DNA of 64,000 nt from Amoeboaphelidium protococcarum X5 (lineage: Eukaryota; Fungi; Aphelidiomycota): the NCBI GenBank assembly GCA_023515725.1, contig JALDTO010000176.1, positions 1 to 64,000 of the forward strand, read 5' to 3'. Shown piece by piece: positions 16,293-28,113 of this stretch; positions within the stretch are counted from its first letter, which is position 1; the number at the start of each line of letters is the position of its first letter. The notes below the pieces were generated by a model. It was not told the DNA's origin. It worked only from the letters and a program-made list of their open reading frames with translations, and made no database searches. The translations under genes were made by a program, and so were the position numbers.

Positions 16293-17126
16293 ATGAAGAG
16301 CGTACAGTGTGTCAACTTACTCAGTGATGATGGTTCATCAGTCGTTGTTGGTCCTGCATCGTAAAAAAAGAATTTCAAAAATCGACTGTCCACTAAGAAT
16401 ATCAGCAACTGTAATGGGAAGGAAAATCTGTAATTAAGTTCTTGTACTGCCACTCAGAGAATGTAATTGAGTTATAATTCTTTATCCACTTCTACTGATA
16501 ATTCTGCATCCAGTACTTCATTAAATTCTATGCCGCTTGATACTTCTCAAAATGGTCAAAATGAAAACAATGTTATTAATCGAGTGGAGTGCCCTCTGTG
16601 TTAGAAACTGTTTGATGACAAGTCTATCGTGTAACACGCAGCTGAATGTCAGGGAGTTGAGGAAACCACCAGAGCACATCCTAAATCATCATCAAGGGAT
16701 TCTTTCTACAACTAGCTGGATAATTTATCGACTGAAGATTTGAATAATATTTTGGATTTCGAATCTTAAAACTCAAGTGTGATAGTCTTGGACTCTCAAG
16801 TTGATGGCGTGTCTGTTGCGAATCAAAACAAATGTTCAACTAGTAGATCTAATAACAATTTAAATGGTAGGCTCTTCTCTGAGAGTGAATAACTATCTCC
16901 TCTGAAAGGATTCACGCCACTAGATTAACTTCCACCACACGAGGCGGAGGCGTACAGAAATCATATCAATTTGCACAACAATGATGGTGGCGGCGATGTC
17001 TATGCTGATGGTAATGATATAATCAAGATCAATTATACTTATGCAAATGCCAAGAAGCCATACGCTCAGAAAAAGAAGTCGACTGCATACGGTAAATCTA
17101 ATTTTCGGCGATACAAGAGAAAGTGA
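16293..17126 (+). CDS. Low-complexity protein with a UBZ-type zinc finger
   Basis: 277-aa frame containing VECPLCQKLFDDKSIVQHAAEC, SIM-like VNLLSDD and VIVLDS, and a basic C-terminus. Confidence 0.7.
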
Positions 17127-17224
17127 TTCATCTAATACTACCAACATTTCTTATTCTTCCTTCATCTCTCTGATTTGCTTTTTAACTTTCTTGATCTTTC
17201 TATTTGATTTTAAGAATTTGTAAC

Positions 17225-18275
17225 ATGAGCGCTTAGAGATTACTGTACTGCCATCCACTTAGGAATCGGTATATGATTGTAGGAGATGTGTCTTTGCTAT
17301 CAACTGCACTAAGATAAAGGTCATTGTTGTCGCGAATAGTGAGTGGTCGCAGATTTATCAGTCAATCAAGCAATTATGACAATAACAATGATGGTGATGA
17401 TAAGTCGCAGCGTTCCATTAAAGATGTAAATGATTAATTGATTCCATATAAACTTTCTAAGTTGACCGTAATTATGTAGATGCTGAAAGAAGATATCAGG
17501 ACCATTCCTAATATGCTGACAATGTCCAGGCTGCTATTATCACCTGCTATTGGTTATTGGATCTACGCGCAAGATTATAAATTTGCTCTCGGCGCCTTCG
17601 CTTTTTCTAGCGTGACCGATTTAGTGGATGGCTATATAGCTAGAAATTTTAATCAGAGGACTTATCTGGGAACTGTATTGGATCCTCTTGCGGATAAAGT
17701 GCTGATGACCACAGTTACAATATCGCTTGCAACGACTAGTTTACTTCCCAGTAAGTATTTGATTGATTTGACGCGTGAATATTTAAAATCCTGGTTATTG
17801 TAGCGTACCTGGCTGCTCTGATTGTTGGACGTGATGTTTTATTATCTGCAGCCGTGATGGTTTATCGGTACATGTCTATTTCTAAACCGGTAATGTGCAT
17901 CTAGCATTCGTTCATGTTCATGATTATTGTATTGATATAGTGTAGAGAACGTTTAAAAAATACATTGATCCCACGATCCCCTCGGTCGAGATCAAACCAA
18001 CTTAGATATCCAAATATAACACGTTTCTACAGTTAGTATTAATGGGATCTAGTTTAAGTGCGCCTGTGTTATTTGGTGTGGAGTCTCATTGGCTTCTGTC
18101 TGCCTTGTAATACACTGTCGCCGCATCTACGGTTATATCTGGAGCGAGCTACGTGTTTGCCAAAGATGCAGTCAAAGTATTAAAGTAAAAGACTTCTCCA
18201 GCCGGAACGAAATCACCTGAAAATAAGACTGCATCTGCATCTAGCAAGATTAATTCTAGCAAAGTGAAATACTGA
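17225..18275 (+). CDS. CRD1: Cardiolipin synthase (CDP-alcohol phosphatidyltransferase)
   Basis: TIPNMLTMSR, TDLVDGYIAR..GTVLDPLADK, GRDV, IKPTQISKYNTFLQ; mitochondrial-type leader. Introns 17426-17479, 17751-17803, 17890-17945. Confidence 0.92.
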
Positions 18276-18491
18276 TTATAAAATGATGTTTTGGATTATA
18301 TTCAATCTAATCTCAGTCTTTCAATTGATGATGATAGCTTTTATACAGCTATGTCTTGAATCACCATGACAACCAAACTGTGCTGGCAAACTCCCTCATC
18401 TCAACCTGGCTGTCTTGATTATTGATATGAGGCAAATATACTCTTGTCTTTATATGATCATCATAGACAACTTAAATCTGTATATTTCAAA

Positions 18492-21039
18492 ATGGTGAAG
18501 AACAGCTATTTCTAGGCCTTCATATCTCTGATTCTTGCAAGTAAGTTGTAGCATAATTTGTTATGGAGCCATTTAATCGGGGAGTTTTGTAGGCCATGTA
18601 ATTTCCACCGATAATGTAATTCATCCGGAAGTATTTAAACTGACAGAGAATGCAGATAATGATTTAATTCAAGTAGAACTAGGTTTTGAGAGTCGGCTGT
18701 TTGAACTGCACTTGAAACCTGCTAATGAAGTGGTGTATACTGATGCTCAAGTTTATATTCATTATCAAGAAGATGGCGCTAATGTTGAGTAATACGGAAT
18801 ATCAGAATATGAATTGTACCCATACTCTGGAAAAGTGGTTGAAAATAATGTCACCATCGGATGGGTCAGGATATCATTCAATGACGATGATGACACTTTC
18901 AACGGGGTGCTGAGTATTCGCGGAACAAGCGATCTAGTACAAGAATCGTTTCAGATCTTGACAGTGAAACAGTATTAGAAACACGTGGCAATTCATTAAC
19001 TTCCCAAGTTGCAGCACAAACTGCGACAGTTGGTCGATGTTATTTTGATTCGGTAAGACCAGTAACATGGTGCTCATGGGGATTAACACACTGCATGTGG
19101 TGTGGACTTGAATGATCCGGTCCATTCCAGTTTGCATCAGTAAGTTCTGTCTAGAATTGGTGACCAGCGTGTAGTGCGGCGACAGTCTGGTAAATGCTTA
19201 TCATCACCAATGACCATGGTTGTTGATATCGTGGCTGATTGTAGCTATTTCTCGTTGTTTTCCAATACTCAGGATGTTCTTTAGTAGATTCTGTCTAATG
19301 TCAATTAGGCATCTCAACTCTATTAGGACACATTCAATATTATTTTGGCGATAGGCTCCGTTAATATACAGACAACCTGCAATGCTGATGAGGGGCCGTA
19401 CTGGAATTCACCATGCCGGGAGGATTATCCGATGATTACGCGATTAAGTGACTTTTCGAAATGGAGAGGTGATCAAAAATCTAGCTCCGGTCTCTTTATA
19501 CTTATGACCAAATGCAGTTTTGGTTAGACTGTTGGTGTTGCTTGGCTTGGTTCGGCGTGTCAAACCACAGTTTCTGTTTAATAGAAAACCGGTTCTAATT
19601 TGTATCTGTCTGGCACCGCTGTTGTTTCCTCGTCTTGGTTTGAATGGGCAACGCTGGCTCATGAAATTGCTCATACATTTTCTAGTGTTCATGACTGCTC
19701 CGCTGGCTGTGGCGGTTGTGTTAGTCTTGACGCGTGCAAGTAGTGCTTCAATGGCTACTCAAATTGTCCGTGTTGCTCTTGTGGAAGTGGTGGGTAGTGC
19801 GATTGCTAGGCAAAGTATCTGATGAGTCCCACGTCAGCTGGTACATCCAACACCTTTTCACCTTGTACGATTAACATGATTTGCGCTGCTAAAGATAGCT
19901 GGTCCAAGTGTTTGAAGACTCCTAATACACAGCGCTCACTAACGGCAAATATGTGTGGCAATGGAGTGTTAGAGTCGGGTGAAGAGTGTGATGTTGGCCG
20001 TCCTGGATCTCAGACTGCGAGTGAAAGCACTTGTTGTGATGCAAGTACATGTAAATTAAAGCCCGGCGCCTAATGCGATCCTTTCAATTAGAAATGTTGC
20101 ACTTCTTAATGTAGGCCAGAGAAAGCCGGCTAAATATGCAGAAAAGCGATTGGAGTGTGTGATATTAATGACTAATGTAATGGCATCAGTGCTGATTGTC
20201 CATAAGATGCCAGATAACCTGATCTGTCTCAATGTTATATCTCCAGTAAGAACATGACCGGCTAATGTGCTAGAGGATACTGTACAAGCAGAAACTACTA
20301 GTGCTTAATGAAACAGCTAAATGGTGTTGTAGGCGAATGTCCTGGTCATTCCAATTAATGCTCCATGTTTTGTCGCGCCACCGGAGCTGTTGGTAGTTGC
20401 ATTGAAGTACAAGGCTCGTTTTTTGATGACGGAACCGCCTGCGGACTGAGTGGTGTCTGCGAGAGAGGAAAATGTGTACAGAGTGGGTGGAGCGCCTTTA
20501 TTGGATTTATCAATGACCACAGTGGATTTTTCATTATCATATTTGTGTTTTGTGGTACTCTACTTCTGGGTGTAGCGTACAAACATCTCCGCTTGTACTA
20601 GAAAAAGTAGGGACTTGGTTTGGCAGGATTCTCTAATTCAAGTCTCTCCCGTCCAAAAATGGGTTCCTCATACTCGTAACAGAACCTGTTACAACCATAG
20701 GATGATAATGTTGACGGCGATGATCAATCCACTATATTTGATCGCGATGAAGGAGTGGGCGACCAGACGCCGCCTAAATAACCACCCTCTGGTAGTAACA
20801 GAAGTAGTATCAAATCATAATTAAAGAAGAAAATGTCAAAGAAAACTGATGGTAAGAACTTGACATTGAACACTCAGCAGAACGCCCCAGTAGCGGAAAA
20901 AGGACTCAGCTCTGCAAGAATTTCAGCCTATAGTCCACTATCTCCGTCAGTTGCAACTTTTAGTATGCGTAAAAACCAATCCTCGTCCAAAGCGGGAACA
21001 TCGAGCGATGTTAAATCCAATAAGACTGAAGAAAAATGA
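18492..21039 (+). CDS. ADAM metalloprotease-disintegrin, paralog 1
   Basis: Signal peptide, intron 18541-18592, prodomain, RVVRR furin-like site, [12 protein letters not shown], Met-turn [18 protein letters not shown] disintegrin, Cys-rich region, TM helix, cytoplasmic tail. Confidence 0.9.
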
Positions 21040-21373
21040 TCTCTGTATTCATAAAAAAACTGAGTTGGTATAGATTGATTGAGCACTTGAACTTCGCTTG
21101 ATGACTTCTTAACGCGTTTTCCCAGCAATACAGTACAAAACACCGGCAAATCTGAACGAACGCGTTTGAAACTAAAACAGATCTGAAGGTCTCTCAGCCA
21201 CTTGACAACAGAAACGCCTCAACTTTGAATTTCCCTTCTTGGCGGCTGTCTTAATGTCGAACGTTACACAAATCGAATTTCTTTCTGATTGGAATCGAGT
21301 TTCCATTCGCTAACTAAAAAGTTGACGTCATTTCTGATCTCCTTCTTTATAAAAGTTCAGGAAAACTTGAATA

Positions 21374-24067
21374 ATGATGAACATGTTTCAATAATATTTG
21401 GTCGTGTTGATGGTGTGCTGTATTGGTACAATAGCTTCTTAATCTTATGTCAGACACGACATTAAAGACACTCTGGGCCCTCTCCTCAACATTTAAAAGC
21501 CGCTCTCGGTAAAGCTTGAACCGTATGTGCACAGGTCTACTCCGTCCTCATCACATGGAGACAGGTTGCAATACTTTAGATTAATAATTAAACTGACTCC
21601 AACTCAATCTTTCTACCTTCACATGCATCCTAATTAGAATATTCTCCATCCGAATGCTAATGCCAAAGTGTACGGGGAAAATGGTTAAGTTGTTAATGTA
21701 ATTAAAATGAGTGACGTACTATGTAACTTTCACGGTCATGTGCTGAGCAGAGACGATTCAGATTTTGTGATGGACGATGATTTTGCTGATTAGGACGGAG
21801 CGTTAGATTTAGTATCTTCATTGTCTATTGGTGATGCGCGTCTAACTTTTGCTCCTTGTCCCCGACTTAGTAGTAGTAGTGGTAGCGTTATTAATGAGAA
21901 TTTTGTATCAAGTGTCAGTGGTTCGTTCACTTTTAGACAAGACACTTTTACCATCTAATCATATTCGCATTATTTGGCTTCAAGGCGATCCTCTGACGTA
22001 ATGCCAGATTTTGCACCAGATTATAATGGTTCTATTATATACAGCATGAAGGATTTTGGAGAGCCTTTGCATAAGTCCTCTCACGACGCGGCAGCTTCCT
22101 TTGGTTGTGGATCAGAGCACCTACACTTTAACAGGCACAATGCAGAGGATCATGTCAGATAAAAGTTGCGGCTACAGGTGTCTGATGATGATTATGGAGT
22201 ACATTTGCGAAAGAGGTAGAGTGCTGGATGCCCTACTAATTTGTAAGTGCTCTATCTAGGAGTTGCTGCTGATTGTAGTTATTTCAATAATTTTAATGGA
22301 GATTCCACGGCTGTTCTATAATAGATAGTGAGTGAATTTAATCAGGCATCTGCTTTGTATCAGTAATAAATGAATATTGCCCTGGGTATCGTGGAGACGA
22401 GTATACAATCCTCGTGTGATACGTCCGGTGGTAAGTCTTGGAATAGGCAATGTAGTAGTAATTATCCTCTCTCTAGAAGATTGAATGATTTCGCCTAGTG
22501 GCGCGGGTAGTAGAAGGATAACTACGGTCTCTGGCATCTCAAATCTGTATGTTCAAGTTGTGAAGCTGGCCGCAGTTGCACCCTTGGAATCAGCTGGCTG
22601 AACATGGTGTGTGAACGGTAGGCTTTCAGCTAATAAGTGAATGGAGAGAATGAATTCGTATCTGGTGTATGTATATCCACTCCATCGCCGAGTAGTTGGA
22701 CCGTGGTGGCTCACGAGATTGGGCATAGTTTTGGTGCTAATCATGATTGTTCATCGACAGAGTGTTCAAGTGGTATACGGCAGGGATGCTGTCCATGCTA
22801 AGATTAGTGTGATTGTCAGGGTCGATATCTTATGCATCCGTCAGATAGTTCAAGTACTGATTCCTTCTCACCGTGCTCCGTCTCTACCATATGTTAGAAG
22901 TATCCCATCATTGCCACGTGTCTATAGAATCCCAACTCATAGAAGACTATAACTGAATAGCAGTGTGGTAATGGTATATTGGAATCTGGTGAAGAGTGTG
23001 ATTGTGGTACACCTGAGGGAAATACGTGTAAGAACTCTTAATGCTGTGATGGTGCCACTTGTAAGCTCAAGAATGGAGCCAGATGTGAGGATTCCAATGG
23101 CAAATGTTGTTAAAATTGTCAATTGAAATCACAAGGAACTCAGTGCTTTACTGCGCCTGATCAGTGTTCTAAGAATCAATTTTGTGATGGTCAATCTGGT
23201 GTTTGTCCTGTCGTGGAGAAGTTGCCTGATAGACAACAGTGTTCTATCAATGCCACAGGTGAAAGTGGGTACTGTGCATCTGGCAGCTGTACCTCACGAG
23301 GTTATTAATGCTCTCTCCGGGGCGAAACTGCTGGCATTACTGGCGAATGTCGTGGATTTAAGAATTAGTGTGCAATGTTCTGTTAGAATAATAGAGGATA
23401 ATGTTTTTAAATTGCGGGCTTTTTCACCGATGGCACAGCATGTGGATATTCTGGTACGTGTAAAGCTGGATAATGTAATCAATCAGGCTGGAGTTCCTTT
23501 GTCGGGTGGATGCAAGATAATTTGGCAATCACTATTGTACTGGCAAGTGTAGTTGGTCTGATTCTATTCTGTTTTATCTGGAGCTGTTTTGCTAGACGTA
23601 AAAATTAGGTATCTGCATCACAACGCTTCAACTCCAATGGCACTCAAAGTACTGGTGGTAATAACAACAACAGACCTCCGGGATACAATCCAAATTATCC
23701 TGCTGGATCAATCTAGCGGAATCAGATCGCGCCTTCTGTACAGTAACCTTCGCAAGTCACTCCAGCTACCACTTAGTCTAATTGGGTAGACCCTTATCTG
23801 TACAACGGTCCTGTAAATCCTGACAGTTTATACGCTGATCAATAGTAGCAGAGCGGTGATTTGATTGTCGATTTGCCTCCTCCTGTGCCGAGTAAACGCG
23901 TGTCATCGATGAATGTCGATAGTCAAGTAATAGCTATAGACCCGCTGGGGACCAAATATAATCAAAAACGTCAATCTGCAAACTAGAAGACACCGTCAGC
24001 TGTGCCAACTTCTCCGTCGAAGTTTTTGGATTCTGCCCGGTCACGACGGTCAGGTAGAGTAGTTTGA
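21374..24067 (+). CDS. ADAM metalloprotease-disintegrin, paralog 2
   Basis: Signal peptide, LRKR furin-like site, HEIGHSFGANHD, YLMHP Met-turn, [17 protein letters not shown] helix, Pro/Gln-rich tail. No intron needed. Confidence 0.92.
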
Positions 24068-24402
24068 TGAGTACATATGATTGCTCTCTAAGAGTCTTTA
24101 CAATACATTTAGCTTCTCAACCAATTAGTTTCGTTTGAATTGAGTTAAATGAGTACAGAATACAAACTACTTCAATATTAGAAAAGGCTACTATCTTTGT
24201 GCCTTCTTTATCATCAGCATGCTCTCTCAGGATTCAACGATGTCTTCTGCGCATCCTCCCCCCATAAAGGCGGTGATATGCACTTTTGTAGCATTACAAT
24301 TTTCCTTCTTTGGGCACCCTTCTATTACTGAACACTTTTATGGCATCAATGTAATGAGCGTAGTCTTCTTTGACACACTGTTCAGATAACGCATAATTTG
24401 GC

Positions 24403-25029
24403 TCATCCATGCGCTTCGGGCACAATTAAATTCAAAACTTAATGACCAAAACCCGCTTTTTATGGTACGAGTAATACTTACTCGCTCCACTGTTGATCAC
24501 CCACGTCTAAGAGTCTTTGGAGGCCCGATTTAATCTTCTGCTGACTTGAGCATGCAATATTTTTGGATCTTAATGCTGGGATCGTGTATGATGGAAGTAG
24601 GAGTGGATGGAATATTTATTCATATAAATTAGCCTTGTTCTGTTGCTTCCGGCATAATCGGAATCCTCCTTGTGAAGGTGTTTGTCCATCATAACAATCT
24701 CCACTCAAGCCATTAAGTTCATGGGCTGCCGGTTACATTAGAGATGGTAAACGGTCTACAGTATGTTCAGTGTGCTTGAAAAATAATGGCCTTCGTATGT
24801 GAGTCTCATGAGCAATGTCGGGCTTAGCTGCTCTAACTATCCAGCGTGTGATACAGCGTCCAACGTCTTCAATTGTTATTCTCAACAACTAAGGATCCAA
24901 CCTAAACAGTCGCTGATATCTGACCGCTGTCAGTTCTTCCACCAACATCAGTAGACTCACCAACAGCTTAGATATAAACTACGAATACTAATCAACGCCT
25001 GCCACAAACATGCAAGTTTCGATGAACAT
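24403..25029 (-). CDS. Hypothetical ORF, possibly a frameshifted continuation of 25061-25711
   Basis: 208-aa ATG-TGA frame with TAR=Q. The frame opens about 25078 and overlaps the stop of the upstream ORF. No recognised domain. Confidence 0.3.
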
Positions 25030-25060
25030 TGCTACTCGTTGATAATCAGAAGAAGAAATA

Positions 25061-25711
25061 TCATTTATAGAGTTTGATCACAATTACTCTCGTCTTCTCA
25101 GTTATCGAATCGACTTGTTTCCGACATGAATAGGACAATTCTTCTACAAACTTCTTTTAATTGCAGTATTGCTGAAGTTCAGATTTACTACACCATAACA
25201 GGGCTGTTGGCCGGTCTTGATACTAAAGACAATCCAGTAGTAGATGTGTCATTGTTTCTAATTTCTCACCACATTCACAACCAGTTGATGATTTACCACC
25301 AATCCTGCTCGTGACTGCGTTGACAGGTCCTTTACTTGTCCTAGCCCAAGTCAGAAATTGCGACTACTGGTAATCAGAAGCTGATGATGCAGTGGTGGAA
25401 TCAAGTAATCTGTGCAAATCACGTCTCAGTATCTCCCTATCAGTCTGGCTAAATTTAGTTTAGCTAATCGAACCATTCGGATCAAATTTCAAATCGAGCA
25501 AAAGCTATTCCATCTCTAGACGCGGTAGCGTACTGAAGAACTAGTGAACGACGTAAAATTTCCGAGAGCGCTTCACACGGAACGTGCCTTCAGAGACAGG
25601 GATTTTGTAAAACTTCAATAGTGCAAGCAGAGCACGTTTCAGATCAGTATTCTTTACGGCAGCCTCAGAACCACCAGCACGTGTTTCAGTATCTTTTGAA
25701 GACGATTGCAT
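25061..25711 (-). CDS. ORF carrying a non-LTR retrotransposon ORF2-type C-terminal CCHC domain
   Basis: LTWARTSKGPVNAVTSRIGGKSSTGCECGEKLETMTHLLLDCLQYQDR resembles the LINE pattern RTGH..N....RIG....C.CG...ET..H.L..C..Y. No RT core nearby. Confidence 0.55.
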
Positions 25712-26162
25712 TCTTATCATTATTAGTTTGATAAAGAGCGATAATCAAGTTGTAAATGAGTAAGTGGTAATAGTGGCTGGAAAAGAAAGTGAGCTTTAAG
25801 ATCTGAAACGAGCATCAGAAAGACGTTTAGACAGTAAAAGCGCGGATATACACATTCTGCTACAGTTTCAACTCAGAAAGCGTGGATTCACACTTTATAC
25901 ATTTTAGCGGTTATCTAACTGAGAACAGTTGAATCTGAATAACAATTTTTTCTGCATATTAATGAGTATAATATAAAGTACCATAGCTAGTTGAAAAGTG
26001 ATTTGCAGTGTGATTCTAAGAGTACAAACTGGTTTTAGGCCGCGTTCTCCACCTGTCCCGCGTGTGATAATCCTTGGAAAGAGTAAAGGAATCTGGTGCA
26101 TAAGTGGTAGCAATATCTTCCGACAATTTTGCCTGATTTCTTTACTAAATGTATATTATTAT

Positions 26163-27158
26163 TCACAAATCAGATTCAAAGAGATCGTCTTCGTCAGCAT
26201 TCTCACGTACCGCTGATATATCGCCCTCAATAAACTTGAAAATATCATTCAATTCATCATCTTCCGTGTCGATATGATCATCGCAAATTAACTAATCTTT
26301 CAGAGTTTAGTTTAATACATTCTAATTGAGAATATGACTTTATGGAGGAATGTCAGTAACATGACTTGGAATCTCAGTCTTCACGCGATGCTCACTAGGA
26401 GGAGGCACTATCCAAGGAACGTCGACAGGTTTCTTATTCAAAGCATCTTCAAATCGCGGTTAAGACAATCTTCGTTTGATAATTGATATCACAGACTGTG
26501 TATTTGTCTCTAGAGTTTATTGACCAGCGATCGCCTCACTATTGATATCTAGTTTAAATCCAAAGGGATCATCGCATTAATCGCCTGCTTAAATACCTGA
26601 GATGCGGCTATCAACAGCTGAACATTACGATTTCTTACTTTCAATCAATTTACCAAATGAAGAATTAGATTTCTACAGCAACTAGACTTTAGATCGCTGA
26701 GACTCTTTAGGAGTAAGAGAGTTATCCATATCAAGCTTAGGCGAGATTTAATTCTCGGTACACTATACTCGATCAGCATTACCTGAACGGGTTTCAACGA
26801 CAGTTTACTCTTTCTGCTGCTTAAGTGCATCAACTGACACATTAGATACTTTGTTTAGAGTAGGCATACACTGTACAACTTACTCTCCATCAGCAACATT
26901 AATGTGCAAATCACTTTGGTTTTGCAGTGTCGATACTTCATTCTTAACTTATTGTGCAATTATACTGTATTCTTATTTCTAATATTCGATATGACAATCA
27001 TCCGCTGGCGTTCTCTTCTTCAAATTTGCAGTTTTATACTATTGATTCAGTAGCATGGTACATGATAGTCTGCTATGCGGGCCAAGGGATCCAAACTAGT
27101 ACAGATAATGCTTCAGCTTCTAGACGCGTGTCTTTGAGTATCTATCATCAGTGGTCAT
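26163..27158 (-). CDS. Hypothetical protein with acidic C-terminus
   Basis: 331-aa frame with TAR=Q, ending TGA 26163-26165. An alternative in-frame ATG lies at 27410. No recognised domain. Confidence 0.6.
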
Positions 27159-27389
27159 GATATATCGTTTAGAGCAATTGAGTACATACAATGCTACAAT
27201 GAGTAAATCTGCAGGTTGAGGAAAAGAAGAATTAAGACGATCACCTAAACCAACCAAGGAGAGATTTGAAACAACTCGAACGGCAGTTTTAACATGAAAC
27301 GAGAATTCGCTTTTTACCACTTTCATCTCTCTCTCACTCGATCTCACACAGCGCGTGGAAAAAGCTTTGGAAATACATATTACGCGTAA

Positions 27390-27941
27390 ATGCTCAAATA
27401 TTCTGGTCATAGATTATCAAATCGCTTGAAAATATCGGGCACTGCTGTATTTAATCGCTATTATCCTCAGAAGTATATACATATCACACAGAATATAAAT
27501 GATCAAACAGTCAATGATGAGAAAACAACGGATGCGAAAATGTTGTTTTCGTTCAAATGCAATCAGTGCCAGGTGAGAACTACCAAATTTATATCAAAGC
27601 TTGCTTACACAAAAGGTGTTGTACTGGTCAAATGCTCCGGGGAAAGTGTGCTTCATGAGATGCTAAATAGTAGCAATCAACAGCAGATGTCAAGTAGTGG
27701 TGTTGATCCAGAAGTAATGAAGACGATTTAACAAGAACACGACAAGGAAAAGGCGTGCGGTGCTTTGCATCTCGTCGCGGATAGACTCGGTTGGTTTCAC
27801 GATCAACAAGATCCGCGGCGGAATGATGTGGAGAATATTCTGCGCTCTAGAGGACAGTCTGTGGCGCGTATAACTCAAGATTAAGACATGACTGAGTTTA
27901 TAGATGCCTCCAGTGATGCTTCTCCTAAAAATGATAAATGA
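27390..27941 (+). CDS. ZIM17: Mitochondrial Hsp70 escort protein Zim17/Hep1 (zf-DNL)
   Basis: Presequence, FKCNQCQVRTTKFISKLAYTKGVVLVKC...CGALHLVADRLGWF, VENILRSRGQSV. Confidence 0.87.
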
Positions 27942-28113
27942 TGTCAATAATTTATGCGCGTTTTTGTTCATTTCTCATTTTACATTGTAGAGTTTCTTTT
28001 ACGTTTCACCAAAGATTGGTTCTTATTCTTTCAGAACTACTTTCCTTCCTTTGCTGTTAAATTTTGAGATTTAATTTAGTTTGATCTCTCAACTATATTA
28101 GTGGCACTTTATA

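Noticed and set aside
25720-26160. Possible small gene
   Set aside because: Short open frames are expected with a single stop codon; no convincing start or motif.
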